The position numbers and the translations under genes were made by a program. From Ramazzottius varieornatus (lineage: Eukaryota > Animalia > Tardigrada), in the NCBI GenBank assembly GCA_001949185.1, contig BDGG01000003.1, forward strand, positions 701,197-765,196: 64,000 nucleotides of DNA, read 5' to 3'. Below the pieces are notes generated by a model. That model was not told the origin of the DNA, did no database searches, and saw only the letters and a program-made list of their open reading frames with translations. Positions 22,620 through 35,642 of this stretch are shown here, piece by piece. Position 1 is the first letter of the stretch, and each line of letters opens with the position of its first letter.

Positions 22620-25600
22620 TCACATTCCTTCTCGCGGCGGATGTCTGCGCGCTGATGCTTTGGCGGCAAAGAACTGTAAAACGCAGATGAGGAGATTGAT
22701 GATGGGTAATGATTTCCACTCAGGGGTTATACTCTTACCTGTCGTATTTTCACAAACGCATCGGGAAATTTCGGTGCAACATGCAGTCGTTCGCCGATCC
22801 AACTGGGCAGTCGTCGGTTGATCAGCGTCTGAGCGTATCGAACATCTACGAGGAGAATGACAGCGTAGTCATCCTTGTGCCTTATGGCCCGACCTAAAAT
22901 GTGAAAGTGAAGATTCAGGCATCTGAAGAAATAAAGTTAATGAAGAACACAAAATGGTACCGATGGATTGATTGACGGCTTTCATGCACAAGTTATCGTA
23001 GTGGACTTTGCCCGGCTGACGTCCATCAGGCGATTTCGGCAGATTAACGTTGAGGAAGTTCATCTTTTCCTGTAGCTCCACACTGTGCATGTTGGGGAAG
23101 GGCAGGCCGATCATAACGACGCAGCGACCCAGGTCGTCGCTGAAGTTGATGCCTTCGCTAAGCTTTCCGCCCACGACGGAGAAGATGATCGCACCGGTCT
23201 TGCCATCGGTCTTTAAGGTTTTGATAGCTTGAGAGTAAGCCTTCAGCACTGCGTCTGCGTCGGATGACTTCTTTGGCTCGCGGAAAATCTGCAAGAAAAT
23301 TATGGCAGCATATTCTCAACGTTTTCTGCACCGGTCGGGAATAAATGACGGATAATCGGCAATTCCGAATTTCTACTCAACTTGAGTTTCGACTTTTTCC
23401 TGGATACCCTCTAGCTTACCATTTTCTTTTTTTCGATGGATTTTGCAATGTCAGACGTCTTTGAGAACGCTGCGAAAATCTGCTCCTCAAAATCGTAAGA
23501 TGGGAAGAAGCAAACGATACCACCAGGTGTGATGTTGGTCAAGTTTACCAGTAAACGGCCGAATTGCATCACCTACAAAGGGGGCAAAAAGCCAAGTTAC
23601 TCATGCGACAGTCCTCCGAGAACTGCTCGCTAACATCACGTGTAAAGTGAAGAAAGGTACAAACGTACCATGTCACTGTTTCCGCGCTTCTCGAAGTTAA
23701 ACTCAAAGGTGGAGCCACTTGGTCCTTTCCCAAGTGCAATGGGTAGGATGTTATCCGGAGAGATGACATGCCCACAGGAAAACTTGTGGAGACGAGTCAG
23801 AGAAATATCCGACATTTTCAACAGCTGATCTTCGAAGTCAGACACCTGAAAAACAAAACATAAAATCAGCCGAGTGCCGCGAAAAAAACTATCTCCGGTT
23901 CACGGAGAGTCTTACAGGTTGCATCGTTCCACCAGCCAGAATGACACATCGTGCCGACTGCAAAATATCTTTGATATACACTGCCGGATTCAGCAACAGG
24001 AATCTCAACTTCCCATTCACGCTTTTGTCCACAAACACTCGACCATCTTTATTCGCGTTGGTCAGCGTCTCCAAAAACCCTTCAATCACCATCAACGGAG
24101 AACCCATGCTGGCCGACTCGTCCACTGACGCTTCCATCCCTTCCGGATACCGCTCAGAAAATGACATCAGCTTCCTCGCAATCAAACTCTTCTTACAGTA
24201 TGCCAGGATTTTAAACAGGTTGATCGTGTCGAGCTTGGCTTCGATCAAGAATCTATCGATGGTTCTAACTTCCGTTTTATTCTTATAGTGAGACATATTC
24301 TGATCGGCCGGACCATTCTCAATGTCTGTATTGTTTAGGTTGTGTGTCTTATTCTGGTTATTTTTCGCTTCGTTGCTCCAGACGTTTTTGAGTCTTGTGA
24401 GGACAACGAGAAGTTGTTTGATGTACAGCAGGTTCTTTGGGGTAAGTCTGGTCCTGTATCGGTCGTGGTACTGCTGGAGCTGAGACAGAGCTTTGGACGT
24501 CTGTCTGAATGTGATTTCCGTGCTGTACATGTTGACGACGGCCTCCAGGAGGTTGTGGGCTTCATCGATGATAACCACTTGGTTGTCCAGAACGATGCCG
24601 GAAGCCTCGCGGGTTGGTCGATGGAGGATGAGGTTATAGGGGACAGCCACCACTTCGGCACCGGGGACGGCGTAGCGGCTAGCGTAGTACGGACAACCGA
24701 TGTGGTTGATACCGGCTTTGGCGGACTCTTCAATGTCCAGTACTTCATCCTAGAAGAGAAAGATATGTCGGAAATTCTTTGAGACCTAACAGGAGTTTCA
24801 AGAACGGAGTAAGTCGACTTTCGTTCACCTGAGTACTCGCTCATGATGATGAAGACAGAATTTAGTTGTATGCAGGTACATGACAGGCGAGACTCGCATT
24901 CTCTCATCCACCTGCATACACTGGGCGGACAGAGCCTAATCACACGAAAGTATGCGGGTGAATGAAGAGCGACGGTTTTCTGTCTTGTGATCTACAGTAG
25001 AGAAACTCCGAATGTTTGCCTACCAGAATTTGCGTACTGAGGTTCTCAATGTGCGCCATCTCGTAGTACGGGCAGCTGGACACCGCGTTAGGGTCCTTTT
25101 TGACGCGTTTCTTGGTGGCTGATTCCGCATCGACCACTTTCTTCTTTGACGTGCCTTTCTGTAGCTCGATGCAACGGTCGTTCATTGCACGAACGGACCT
25201 CAGCTGTCTAACCGGCTCGAAGACGCACAGGTTCTGTCGGGAAGCCAAAGCAGATACTCGAGTACTCGAACCGAATGGACTCTTCTTCAGCTCGTGGATG
25301 AACTGCGTCACTTGCGAATGGGTCCTCGTACAGTAGTAGATCTGGAAAAGAAAATCGTCAGAATGGTTTCTTATAAAGCTGTTGTCGGTATGAATTAACC
25401 TTCATGACGTGATCGGTTGGTTCGGCGTCTTCGTCTTTTCTATTGAATGGGACTTCTTCTTCGTACTCGTCCAGTAGCAAGTCAGCATCAGGCAGGTCCG
25501 CACCAAAGCCTTGCTGAGCTTCTTTGAGTATGCCGTTGATTTCGGCAACAGAGTTCTCGACTTCATCCTTGTCTTTGCCTTTCCGTTTGACGGCTAGTTT

Positions 25601-27322
25601 CTCGCGGCGCTTCTTCCACTGGAGCTCTCGGACCAAGCCTTCTTCAATCTTTTTCCGCTGCAATCGAAGCACTTCCTTGGCTTTCGTGGTTTCGTACTCG
25701 GCAGCGAGCCAGTCAGTGGAGATCAAACTGGTTGTCTTTGTCAACTTCCGTCTGCAATAAAACCAAAACAAATTTTTGCTGGGAGGAACCTTAAGCTAGT
25801 ATTATACTACATTTCCCTGCACTCGATTCCTGGGAATCGTGAGAACCTATCAGTGTTATTTTATTCATCATAATAGGAAATCGATTTCAATAATTAAAAT
25901 CGTTTTAATTTTGCGAGTTGGTGTTCGCTTGATTGATTGATCCATAATAGGAAATCGAATTTTAATTTTAATAATTGAAATTCGTCAGCGGTGATTGATT
26001 TCACTTGCAGTCAGCTGATCACATAGACTTAACATCAGCACGTGACTTTTAATAATTTTAATTGCATAGTAAAATAACACTGGAACCTATCTCATCCCGA
26101 GTAACGTTTCCCGCTTCCCCACTTCCCGGATCATGAAGTTGCGGGAAATCTGATACTTGGCCCTCGTGATCCATGCTCCGAGAATGAGTCTAGTATAATA
26201 GATCGCGATCCGAACTATAAGTTGGCCGCTGATCATCATTGGCCAAAACTTGCGTGATCTATTTCGGAGTGAGTTATAAACTATTGTTGGCTTCTTTTCC
26301 TAGCAAATTAAGGCATATATCTAGCTGTAGGATGATACATCCAGTGGCGGTTTCGGACTTTTGGTTTTTGCGAAATTTCGAATTTTTTACAGGGCGTCAC
26401 TGGCCGCTGATCAACATTGACCAAAACTTGCGGAAGCGTATTCGCGTACCTTGAGTTCTTCCCTGCTCATTTCGTACAATCAAACCCAGCACGATCCATG
26501 AACCGCTCCATGGCGAGGCGATCATGACCCCAAACGATGCGGACCATGGTTTTCTAATATCATGATCCATGTCTCCGCACTCGTTTCCCACCACCTGATC
26601 CATTTCCCGTGATCCGGGAAGTGGGTTTTTATACTAGGAACCGTGATCTAAGTTCCGGATCACGATCAAGTATAATAGGTCAGATCACAAAATCGAGTTC
26701 TGAATGTGTGATCTGGGAAAAGTAGTAAAACACTAGCTTTAGGCTTTCTTGTTCGATATTCCGGCTTACTCTTCGTCCTGAATTTTCCTAAGGCGACGTT
26801 CCATGTCTTGCTTGTACTCCTTCAGCCATGTCAGCGCTCCGCAGATGATGCTCAGAGATTTTCCCTACAAGAGTACACGTGTAGCCAAAACCAGAAGATA
26901 AAACACAGCCACGCGCAGACCAACTATGACTATCGGGCTATGCGCCACTAGCGTGGAACATTGGCTACAGTGAAAGCACGAGCGCCAAAATCATATTCCA
27001 CCGTGGACCTGACCATGCGCTCTCGGGAAAGTGGGTTATGGTTGGCCCTCCCCTGGCATCCGAACAAAGACAGGTAAATGTGTATTTCAGTACTGTATTG
27101 AGACGATCAATTTAATTCTGATCTCACCGTGCCTGTTGGACTTTCGAAGATCCCAATCTTCCTGTTGTTGATGGCGTCGAATAAATTTCTCATAAAACTA
27201 TCCTGGATGTCGTAGGGCTGGAACGGGAATGGAAAGGATGCAGGAGGAGCAATCGCCTCGCCATAATCTGGGATGATGTCAGCTCCATTCGTTCCGATGA
27301 CTCTGTCGACAGGTTGGTCCAT
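22620..27322 (-). CDS. DDX11: DDX11/ChlR1 Fe-S DNA helicase, about 10 exons
   Basis: [19 protein letters not shown]|[62 protein letters not shown]. Phase-consistent GT-AG introns; stop at 22620. Confidence 0.96.
25797..26735. mobile_element. Non-autonomous hAT-like element in DDX11 intron 2
   Basis: Inverted ends TAGT(A/G)TT(A/T)TACTAC(A/T)TTTCCC; GATC-rich interior with an internal 32-bp repeat; TSD not clean. Confidence 0.65.
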
Positions 27323-27974
27323 TCTTCCGACGCAAGACTAACTTCTTCTCTTCTCCACCTAGCCCCTAAAATTATCATGAGGTTAGCCTCTTAAAAAACA
27401 TGAGGTGGGATATCTTATGATTTGGGACATGTGAAGGAAAAGCAGAAGAATGGTGGGCAAGAACAATAGTATTTTGTGAAATGTGATCCTGATCAGCGAT
27501 GGCCGGATGATTTACCCAGCCTAATATCAAAAATTACCCGTTTGTCACGTACGGCTTGCTGTTGACCGGTCGAAAGAGGAAATTTGTCGTCGGTGCGCAC
27601 AGTCTTCGTCCCAAACAGGGAATCCGGTCTTCGAACCCAACTTTAGCGGTTTTTACATGTTCCAGTTCTCAGGTCGGCGCAGTGGTTTCCGCAGGCGCAA
27701 CATTATCACAGAACGTCAGCTCCTCGAAACATTGCGAAACATCACGTTGACTATGTTATCGAACTGACGAGTGACCACGATATGCCAGAGCGGAAAGCCA
27801 ATCAAGTGTCTCGTTGGCGTTTGGTCATCTCTTCCGTCTGGCAGTATTGTGGTCGAACCGAGTAGATTATTAACGCATTATTTCGTGACGTCTAGAGCAA
27901 CTGACGTCAACCGTAGTTAGGCATGCGGAGACCACTGAACGAGAGATAGCATAGTACCACGTACTTCACCTGAT

Positions 27975-28100
27975 TATTCGCATAGACAAAAATACTGGCA
28001 GCCGGCCGAAAGCGGCAGCGGCCAGCTAAAGCTGGCCAATCAACTGAATCGATTAATGCGCTGTCGCTTTCAGCTACTGCTAATATTTTGTCTATGCCAA
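27975..28100. mobile_element. Small hairpin MITE related to 42242-42576
   Basis: Inverted ends GCATAGACAAAA..TA.TGGCAG...GAAAGCG(G/A)CAG; a similar sequence recurs at 42242-42315. Confidence 0.55.
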
Positions 28101-28766
28101 TAATTAGATAAAGTACGTGTGTGGAAAACGGTAACGCTGTGGTAACAAACATATCTGTATGCTTGATTGGGCTGATTGCCGGTCATGAGGCATGCTGTAT
28201 TCGATGTTGGGAAGCCATTCTGTGTTTTCGGTAATTCACTGGGTAAATCATCCGGCCATCGCTGATCATGATAGTTTTCCTTTCAGGCCATTTGAGAGGC
28301 TTGTGGTCATCGTGTGTGCTCAATCAAATGCAAAGCTGTCTGTAACAAGCGGAAATGACGGTCACGTGCGTATGACGTATTCATAAACTTGTTTGTTGTT
28401 CGGTTAGTTTTTAACGTCACAACCATCGTTTGGAAGGAGTCGTCTCATATGGCTTGGGCATATCTGCTTCTGTTTGGCGTGACGTAAATGATTGATTTTA
28501 TCGTTGTTTCCATCAAAGAAACTCATTCGCATATTGTTTCTCCAGACAGTTTACGCGAGTTTTGTGATAGTAATCGGCAAGACTTTCCTCTACAGGCTAC
28601 GGGACTACTGTGGACGGACGAGAATAGAAGGAGTCACAGACACGGGAGCAGCCATAATCTTGACACGTTTTCCAGATCGATTTGTCTCCGTCGACGGATA
28701 CCTGAGCAACGCGTCGACCATCATCTCAACTTACCTCTACGCCTTCCACCCTTTGTAACCGACAAC

Positions 28767-30745
28767 ATGGCTACAAAAAGCCAGACGAAAGCCGAGCAGA
28801 ACTCCAAAATTATCCGCCAAATTGGTCAGCTACCGCACAACAAGAACTGCTTCGATTGCGGACAGAAGGGACCAACATATGTCAACCTCACCATCGGAGG
28901 TTATGTCTGTACGGCGTGTTCTGGCATTCTGTAAGACCTCTCGATCCTTCCTAATTTTCTAGAGATTTCTGGGAAAAAAATAGCGATCTGTATGTTCGAT
29001 AGTCGATACTCCTGTTAAAACTGATTTAATTTCGGAATTTCTGATCAATTTTGAAATAAATTGGCCAAATCAATTCCCTTGTGCTTGATTGGGCTTTTGC
29101 TAACAGGGCCGTGCTGAACCAATCATATGTCGTTATGTTTTGGTACGGGGCGCTGATTAGCTGTTGATTGCGAATTTTAACACGGAAGTTCTATCACTGC
29201 GGCGGAAGAGACGGTAACTTGTGTTCGTGTGCGAAGGTTCTAACAGGTTTGATGGTTACAGACGAGGCCTGAATCCACCACATCGTGTCAAGTCAATCAG
29301 CATGGGTACGTTTCAAGACGACGAAGTCAAGTTCATGCAGCTGCGGGGCAATGCGGTAAGTGTCCATCAAAATCACGTTGCTTCGGTCACTCACGCTGAC
29401 GGACAGCGTCTACTCAGACCATTCCTTTTGTAGTTCTGCAAGAAAGCGTGGCTATGGAATTTCGATCCACAGACTGGACCAAGGCCACCTGAAATACGTG
29501 ACGACCAGAAAATGAAGGACTTTCTAGCGGTGAAGTACGAGAAGAAGAAATGGTACCATCCAGCGCACGACACACAGATGGCGGACCAACTCAAGCAGCA
29601 AGATGACTCTTCGAGCTACGGGAGCCTTCGAGGAACAGACTCGGAAAGCTCTCTGTCAAGAAGAACCTCCACAAACTCACAAAGAAGTCAGAAAACTCCC
29701 GATTCAGCCAATGCCTTCAACACCGAGTCGCCAGTACAACGGCACGCACCAATCAGCCTGGTAAGAACTAAAATGTTGGTCAGCTGGTATTTTGCGCGAA
29801 ATTGTTTGATGCTCCGCCTGTGGGCGTGCTTTAGCCTCCCTCGACCAATGAAAACGGCGCTTTCAGGCAGGCCGTATTTTGGTTGGTCTGTCGGTTTTCG
29901 GTTGATTAATTGATCTGGTGTTTTCGTTGCAGCCGAGGTCCCACACCGCCTCTTCGATCAGCTCGACTTCCGGAATGCCTTCAACAGAAAAGTCCGCTTC
30001 CGACGACCTCTTCAGCGTCTTCGGAGCGTTGCAAGTTACTTCTACAGCTTCCCCGACACCTGCAGTACTTGTGTCGCCCGGTGGACCCAACCTCGGCGTC
30101 TTCTCTTCCTCGGCTTCAGGCTCGCAAGAATGGGCCAACTTCGCCAAATCCCAGACAGTCCCGGCCTTCACCCAGTCCTCCCAGCCTCAACGTTCGCTCC
30201 CACAACCGATTCCTGTCAAACCTCTCCAACCAATGAACAAAAACACAAATCAGCATCAAAATGGCGCACAATCATCCGCCAGTAAACCAATCAACGTAAA
30301 TCAAAGCTCGAGCTCTGATAAATACGCCGCCTTGGCCGAGCTTGATGAAATGGTCAAAGGCACACCACCGATTCACAATAACCTCGATACTGCTTTCCAC
30401 ACTTCCCACCCCACACGTACGAACCACAACGTCCACAGTGCCTCATGGAATAACAGTGCCTTCGGCAGTTTCGGCCAGACGGCTTTTACCGCACCAGTTT
30501 GGCCGGCTGCAACGACGTCACATGGGCCCGCCCACAATGGTCATTTCACCTGGACAGAACAACCAGCAGTTAATCAAGCGAAACCTGTCAATTATGATGT
30601 GTGGGGGAGTGCGCCGCCTCTCGCGAACCCTTTTTTGATGGGCACTCCCAACTCTTCCATGACGAATCCGCAAAGTCTTTTCAACTCTTCGACACCTCAC
30701 CAGCATCCCGGTGGAACTTCACATCCCACGAACCCTTTTCTTTGA
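28767..30745 (+). CDS. AGFG1: ArfGAP with FG/NPF motifs (AGFG1/drongo), 4 coding exons
   Basis: CFDCGQKGPTYVN...VCTACSGIL|RGLNPPHRVKSISM, YEKKKWY, DKYAALAELD, C-terminal NPFL twice. Confidence 0.93.
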
Positions 30746-32183
30746 GTTTAAGGCCTACGTGTTTCTTTTTTACTTTGGTGGTTTATTTCGAGTTTGAATG
30801 GGTAACATTGTTGTTTACTTCTGTTTGCTCGGTGACTGTCAACAAGACACGAATTTTTTACAAGTACCGAGCTATGCGAATGGGCATTTCGCGTTGGGTT
30901 TTTCAAGCAAGAAAAAACGGCCAGCCTGGTGGTTGAGATCAGCGAGAAAGTAGAATCGATGGTCATGCAGTACTGCTAGCGCGTCGGCATGCCGGGATGA
31001 CAGTACTTGTACCCATCCACATGAACGTACGTACATAATGCATGCGCAAACCGGCAGTCGGCAAGGAAGAGAACCACACAGCAGACTTTTCAGGTTAACG
31101 GGAAACTCTGACCCTACTGTTGGTCGAGTATTTTGCCCTTTTGTTTGTGTTATACGCGTTCTCTGTGGCTTGTTGCTGCAATACCATGCAGTGCGAATAC
31201 ACCCTGGGTGCGCCAACTTTCTACCATCTATCATTTCGACACGGAAAAATTCAGTGTGCTATTTAATCACGCACACATCCGTACTTTCCATACAACTTTT
31301 CAAGTTGTTTTGATTGAACCAAAATACATCTCGGTGCACCAATATTCGGTTCGATAAACTTGATTCGTATGGCTTCCGGTGGGGAAGACAGATGGCACCG
31401 AGTGACATGCACTCTGCTGCATTCCAGATTTGAGTTTTGAAGCCTAGTTTGGTTTAGACGATATCGCGAGCTAACAACTACTCAAGTTGCCTGCATAAAT
31501 CGAGAAAGAATATAACGGCAGCGTACTAACTCATCTCGGCAACGGAATTAAAAGCCGTCAAAATTTCTCCCTTTTGCCGGGAAATCTTCTCTGGTGAAAA
31601 GATTTCTAGATCTTTTTTGGAACTGCAGATCCATGTTCTCCACCCACTTTCCTGTAGTTCAGTTCCGGTTTTGATTGTTACGAGCAACAGAACTCTGGGA
31701 AAATCAACGGAGAACTGAAAAAATAATTTTTAAAAACGGCCCAAAAATTTGCGAAAGCTTGTTTAATTTTCACTTCGTGCATCCCCAAGATAAATTTTGA
31801 TTCCAAGTTTTTGTAAAAAGATTTCTGACCAGTAATTTTTTAGGAGGTAGAAAACTCTGGGTGTTCAATCTAGGAAAGTTGATTTCAGAGCTAACCAACA
31901 ATCGCGTGGAGAAAGGCTGGATATAAGGGGGTGGTCGCAAGTTGGCGCACTCAGGGTGTATTTAGTCTTCTCACTTTGCGGAAAGTCGTTTATAATAGTG
32001 TATCAACTGAACCTTCCTTTAATTATTTCTAATTGCTGCCTACTCGAGCTTTTTCACGTTTCTTTTATCGACGAGAAAATGACCAGGCGCACTTCGGTGG
32101 TTGACCAACCGAAATACAACTACTGTGACTGCATGTACACATGATTTTTAGTTCGGTCAACTTCGGTGCGGATACTTGATAGG

Positions 32184-33646
32184 TTATAGCTTGATCACTG
32201 AAAGAAAAACCAGAGCAAAAACAGCCGGAATCCGGACCTGAGCAAACTTTGGCGCCTGGCTCTTCAGGATAATCGGAGACTCAGTTGCGAAGTTGGCGTT
32301 CGGGGTGGCTGTTTGTCCGGAGTAATAGCTGACGACACGCCCATTCGGTTTTTGGAGGGGTCGGAAGTTATCTACCAGGCGATCCTCGGGTATCGTCAGG
32401 TTTCCGATATTGCGTTCGTGCAGACGGCGAAAGACGTTGAGTTGGGCTTCGGTCACTTTCTGGGGCTGTCGCATAATGCTCCACTCAACGGCTTCAGCAC
32501 ACGGTGGCGTGGTCAGCGAGCCTTGATAACGGTAGAAAGCCGGCGATGATGGAAGAAACTCGGCTAAACTTAATGAAGGTATTCGCACGCTCTTCGGAAT
32601 ATCTGGAAAAATTGCCAGGTTAGTTTGTGTGCAGTGACGTGCGTTAAAACTACTGTACGGTACTCGGTTCGGTGGTCAACTGAATGGCTTGGACGACCGC
32701 ATCCAAATGTTGATGCGCTAAATCTTTGTCGTCGGTCAGCTCGAACAAAATAGCAATGACGGCCATCCCAGTACTTTCCGTCAGGGCTTCCAAGTCGTCC
32801 TCTGTCACTTTGCGATGGACTATGTGTAACTGAAAAGATTCGAGTGCAGGAAATTAGCGGACCGGAAGTCGGTTCACTGTACGGTGGAAAGACACCCTGC
32901 GAGTTAACCATACCTCGAGTGGGTAGCGTTTGCCATCAACGGAATGTTCAGATCCACGAGAATCGGTACTGCCCCAGTGGAAATGGAATTGCGTGAAGAC
33001 GTAAGATGCAGGTAAGCCTCCGGCCTGGACGGTTGGAAGTTTTGACCCGAATACACCGCTAAACTGGACTACAGTAAAGAATGAATGAATTATTTGTTAA
33101 AGAGGAGCTTCTGATCCGTCTGTCAGTCATAAATAATTATTGCGCAGACGTGCCGGCATGTCCATTATTAATGACGACCCAAGTGTCGTTCTGCGGATGA
33201 ATGCCGTAGAGAGCGAACTCGAGCTGGGTCAAGGACGGGTTCTCCGTCGTACGACTAGTCTCGATGGCCATCGGCGACTGGTACTTTCCCTTGCAAGAAG
33301 GGAAATCTTTCTGCCAGTCTGTGGGCGGAATTTCTAAAAGAAAAACATGGTATGTGGTAAGATTGGGAAGCCACTGAAATCAAGAGTCCACTGTGATCCG
33401 TGATCGAATTTAGCACTTACCGTCTATGACGCTTTTGTAACCCCAGTGATGGGACGGCAAATTGCTGACATTCTGTCCCAGTGCCAGCACTAAAACAATG
33501 ACAGATATGTGAGAAATTGAAATGAGCTCGCTACCAAACGCCGAGCTATATTATGACAAATAATTCAAAACCAGCAATTCACAAGCCTTACCAATCTGTA
33601 CCGCAAATAGTAACGGGGCGAAATAAAATCCGGTATCCACACTCAT
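32184..33646 (-). CDS. Alpha carbonic anhydrase, secreted with C-terminal membrane/GPI anchor
   Basis: Signal peptide, HWGY, QSP, NNGH, QFHFHWG..GSEH, LHIVH, YRYQGSLTTPPC.E.V.W, DNFRPLQ, hydrophobic tail; about 6 exons. Confidence 0.92.
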
Positions 33647-33686
33647 GATGATGCTCAAAACCGTATATCGAGATCCTGTGATAATA

Positions 33687-34023
33687 CAGTCATGGTTATG
33701 GGTCAGCGTCACCCCCTAGTCCTCGGTTGCTTCTGGTATCTCATGATCCTGTCGTCCGAACTTAACGATTCAAACAGCATTACTTAGAGCACACTTTGGA
33801 CTTTCTGATCATGTGATAGGTGGTTGTGCAACAATGTTTTCTCGTTCAAATCACGCATGCCTACCGGTTAATTGATTGAGCAGGTGAACCACCTGTCACG
33901 TAACCAAAAGTCCAAAGTGTGCTTTAAGTAATGCTGTCTGAATCGTTGAGCTCGAACGACGGAATCAAGAGATCCAAGGAAGCAACGGAGAACCAGAGGG
34001 ATGCTGGCCCATGACCGTAACTG
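33687..34023. mobile_element. Foldback MITE with ~140-bp arms
   Basis: The whole element is an imperfect hairpin; it starts TA-CAGTCATGGT, like the element at 36968. Confidence 0.85.
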
Positions 34024-34968
34024 CAGGGAAACAGTAACTAACGGGAAACTGCTATTATGGTCCGCCAGGAAGAAAAGCGTACAAAAGTTTCGACGTGTGG
34101 AGAATTTCTATTAAAACAACAGGTGGAAAGTATGACACAAATATGAAAGACTTTTGATACTGTCTCCGATACTTTCGAGGCGGCTCACGGCACTTAGTAG
34201 AGCTTAAATGCTAACAAAGGTAGCGTCGGCTTCCGCGTGGCTGTTAAGATAAATGACATTGTGCCTGTTTCGTTACTTTAACACCTTGAGCACGACGCGG
34301 TTTCGTGCTTTGAGAACTACGAGGTGGGAAACTTACTCTCGGTTGAGGTCGGTGGGCGGCGCCTGGCAAAATTTTGGGACTGTAATGTTCAGTGCGCAAC
34401 CTACCAACTTAAAACGGTCAGCCTTCAGATTTCTCGCTGACTACTAGGCACATGTTTTTCTCATATCTAAAATCTTCCCAAGATATAAAATTTTGCAGGT
34501 CGAGCTACAGTTTTTATTGAGACTCTGGACTAACTGAGAGCCTGGTTGAAAAATGCTTTGATAGCTAAGGCGAAATTCTACTGGAAATGGGAAAAGTTCC
34601 ACATAGTTTTTCACAGCCACTGTCCAGTGGCAGTTAGTTGCAGTTTCGCGGGAAGGTGACTCTTCAGGCAGGCGAGAAGAAACGGGTAGCAAATGTTAAC
34701 CTTGAATTTGGCTACGTACGAATTAGTGTGCACCAGGAAAGAGTTTCCCGCCTCTTGCTCAGCCTGCTGAGTTGAGTTTGGCTGCTTCCATGTTTCAACC
34801 GGCGGAACAAGAACTTTCCGTCATTTTATGGCCCGGCACCCGACTGTATCACATGGATCTATTTACAACGCAATCGTAAGAACGCTTCCGATGCCATATT
34901 TCCGTTTTGGCATCTTGAACGACAGTGCTGGTCTTATCTATCGCATTCGCCTGCGGCAAATATATTAA

Positions 34969-35392
34969 GGGCTTACAAAGATAGATTACACCGCTGGTGG
35001 AATTACAACGCTGGTGTAATTGGCTCCACCCACACCCTTACGATTGGTTTATTTATTCCACCAGACATGACACTTTCGGTGTAATTGCGAGTCGCTCTGG
35101 AACGACTCGTATTACACCAGACTTAACCAACATCCCGTGTGCGCTGTGCTCCCCTCCAAACTTTCAAATGTCACTTCCATGATGAAGTTTCTCGCTACTC
35201 GTCCTACTGGTGAGTGTATGGTGGTTCCTCCGACACCAAAGATCTCATAATCCTCCGACCTTACATGCAGTGCGGGGCTTTCAAAGCGAGCCGTTACACC
35301 GCTTTCCTAACTGGTCAAAAGTTTTTGGGGGAGTTTCCACCAAAGTAGCTGGTGTAATTACACCACAAAGCCAGCTTGGTCTTTGTAAGCCC
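34969..35392. mobile_element. PIF/Harbinger-like MITE
   Basis: TIR GGGCTTACAAAGA, flanks TAA/TTA, repeated GCTGGTGTAATTACACC motifs. Confidence 0.7.
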
Positions 35393-35642
35393 TTATTACC
35401 ATTGCCGCGACACTTAGGTATTAAAACAACACCAAATTTTACAGCCCATTATATTGTTCACACTTGAAAGTCGGTACATGAGGAATATTTATCGACACAT
35501 TTCGATGCAACAATATCACGCCTAGAGCAATATGATCTTGAATTACACGCTGATAAGATGTAATTTTTCTGACGCACAATCATACAATCAAGAAAGCCGT
35601 AAAAGTGAAGGATCTTGTAACTTTCTTGCCCTGAAATTCCGA

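Noticed and set aside
27615-27645. tRNA-like TTCGAACCC
   Set aside because: No cloverleaf or A-box around it.
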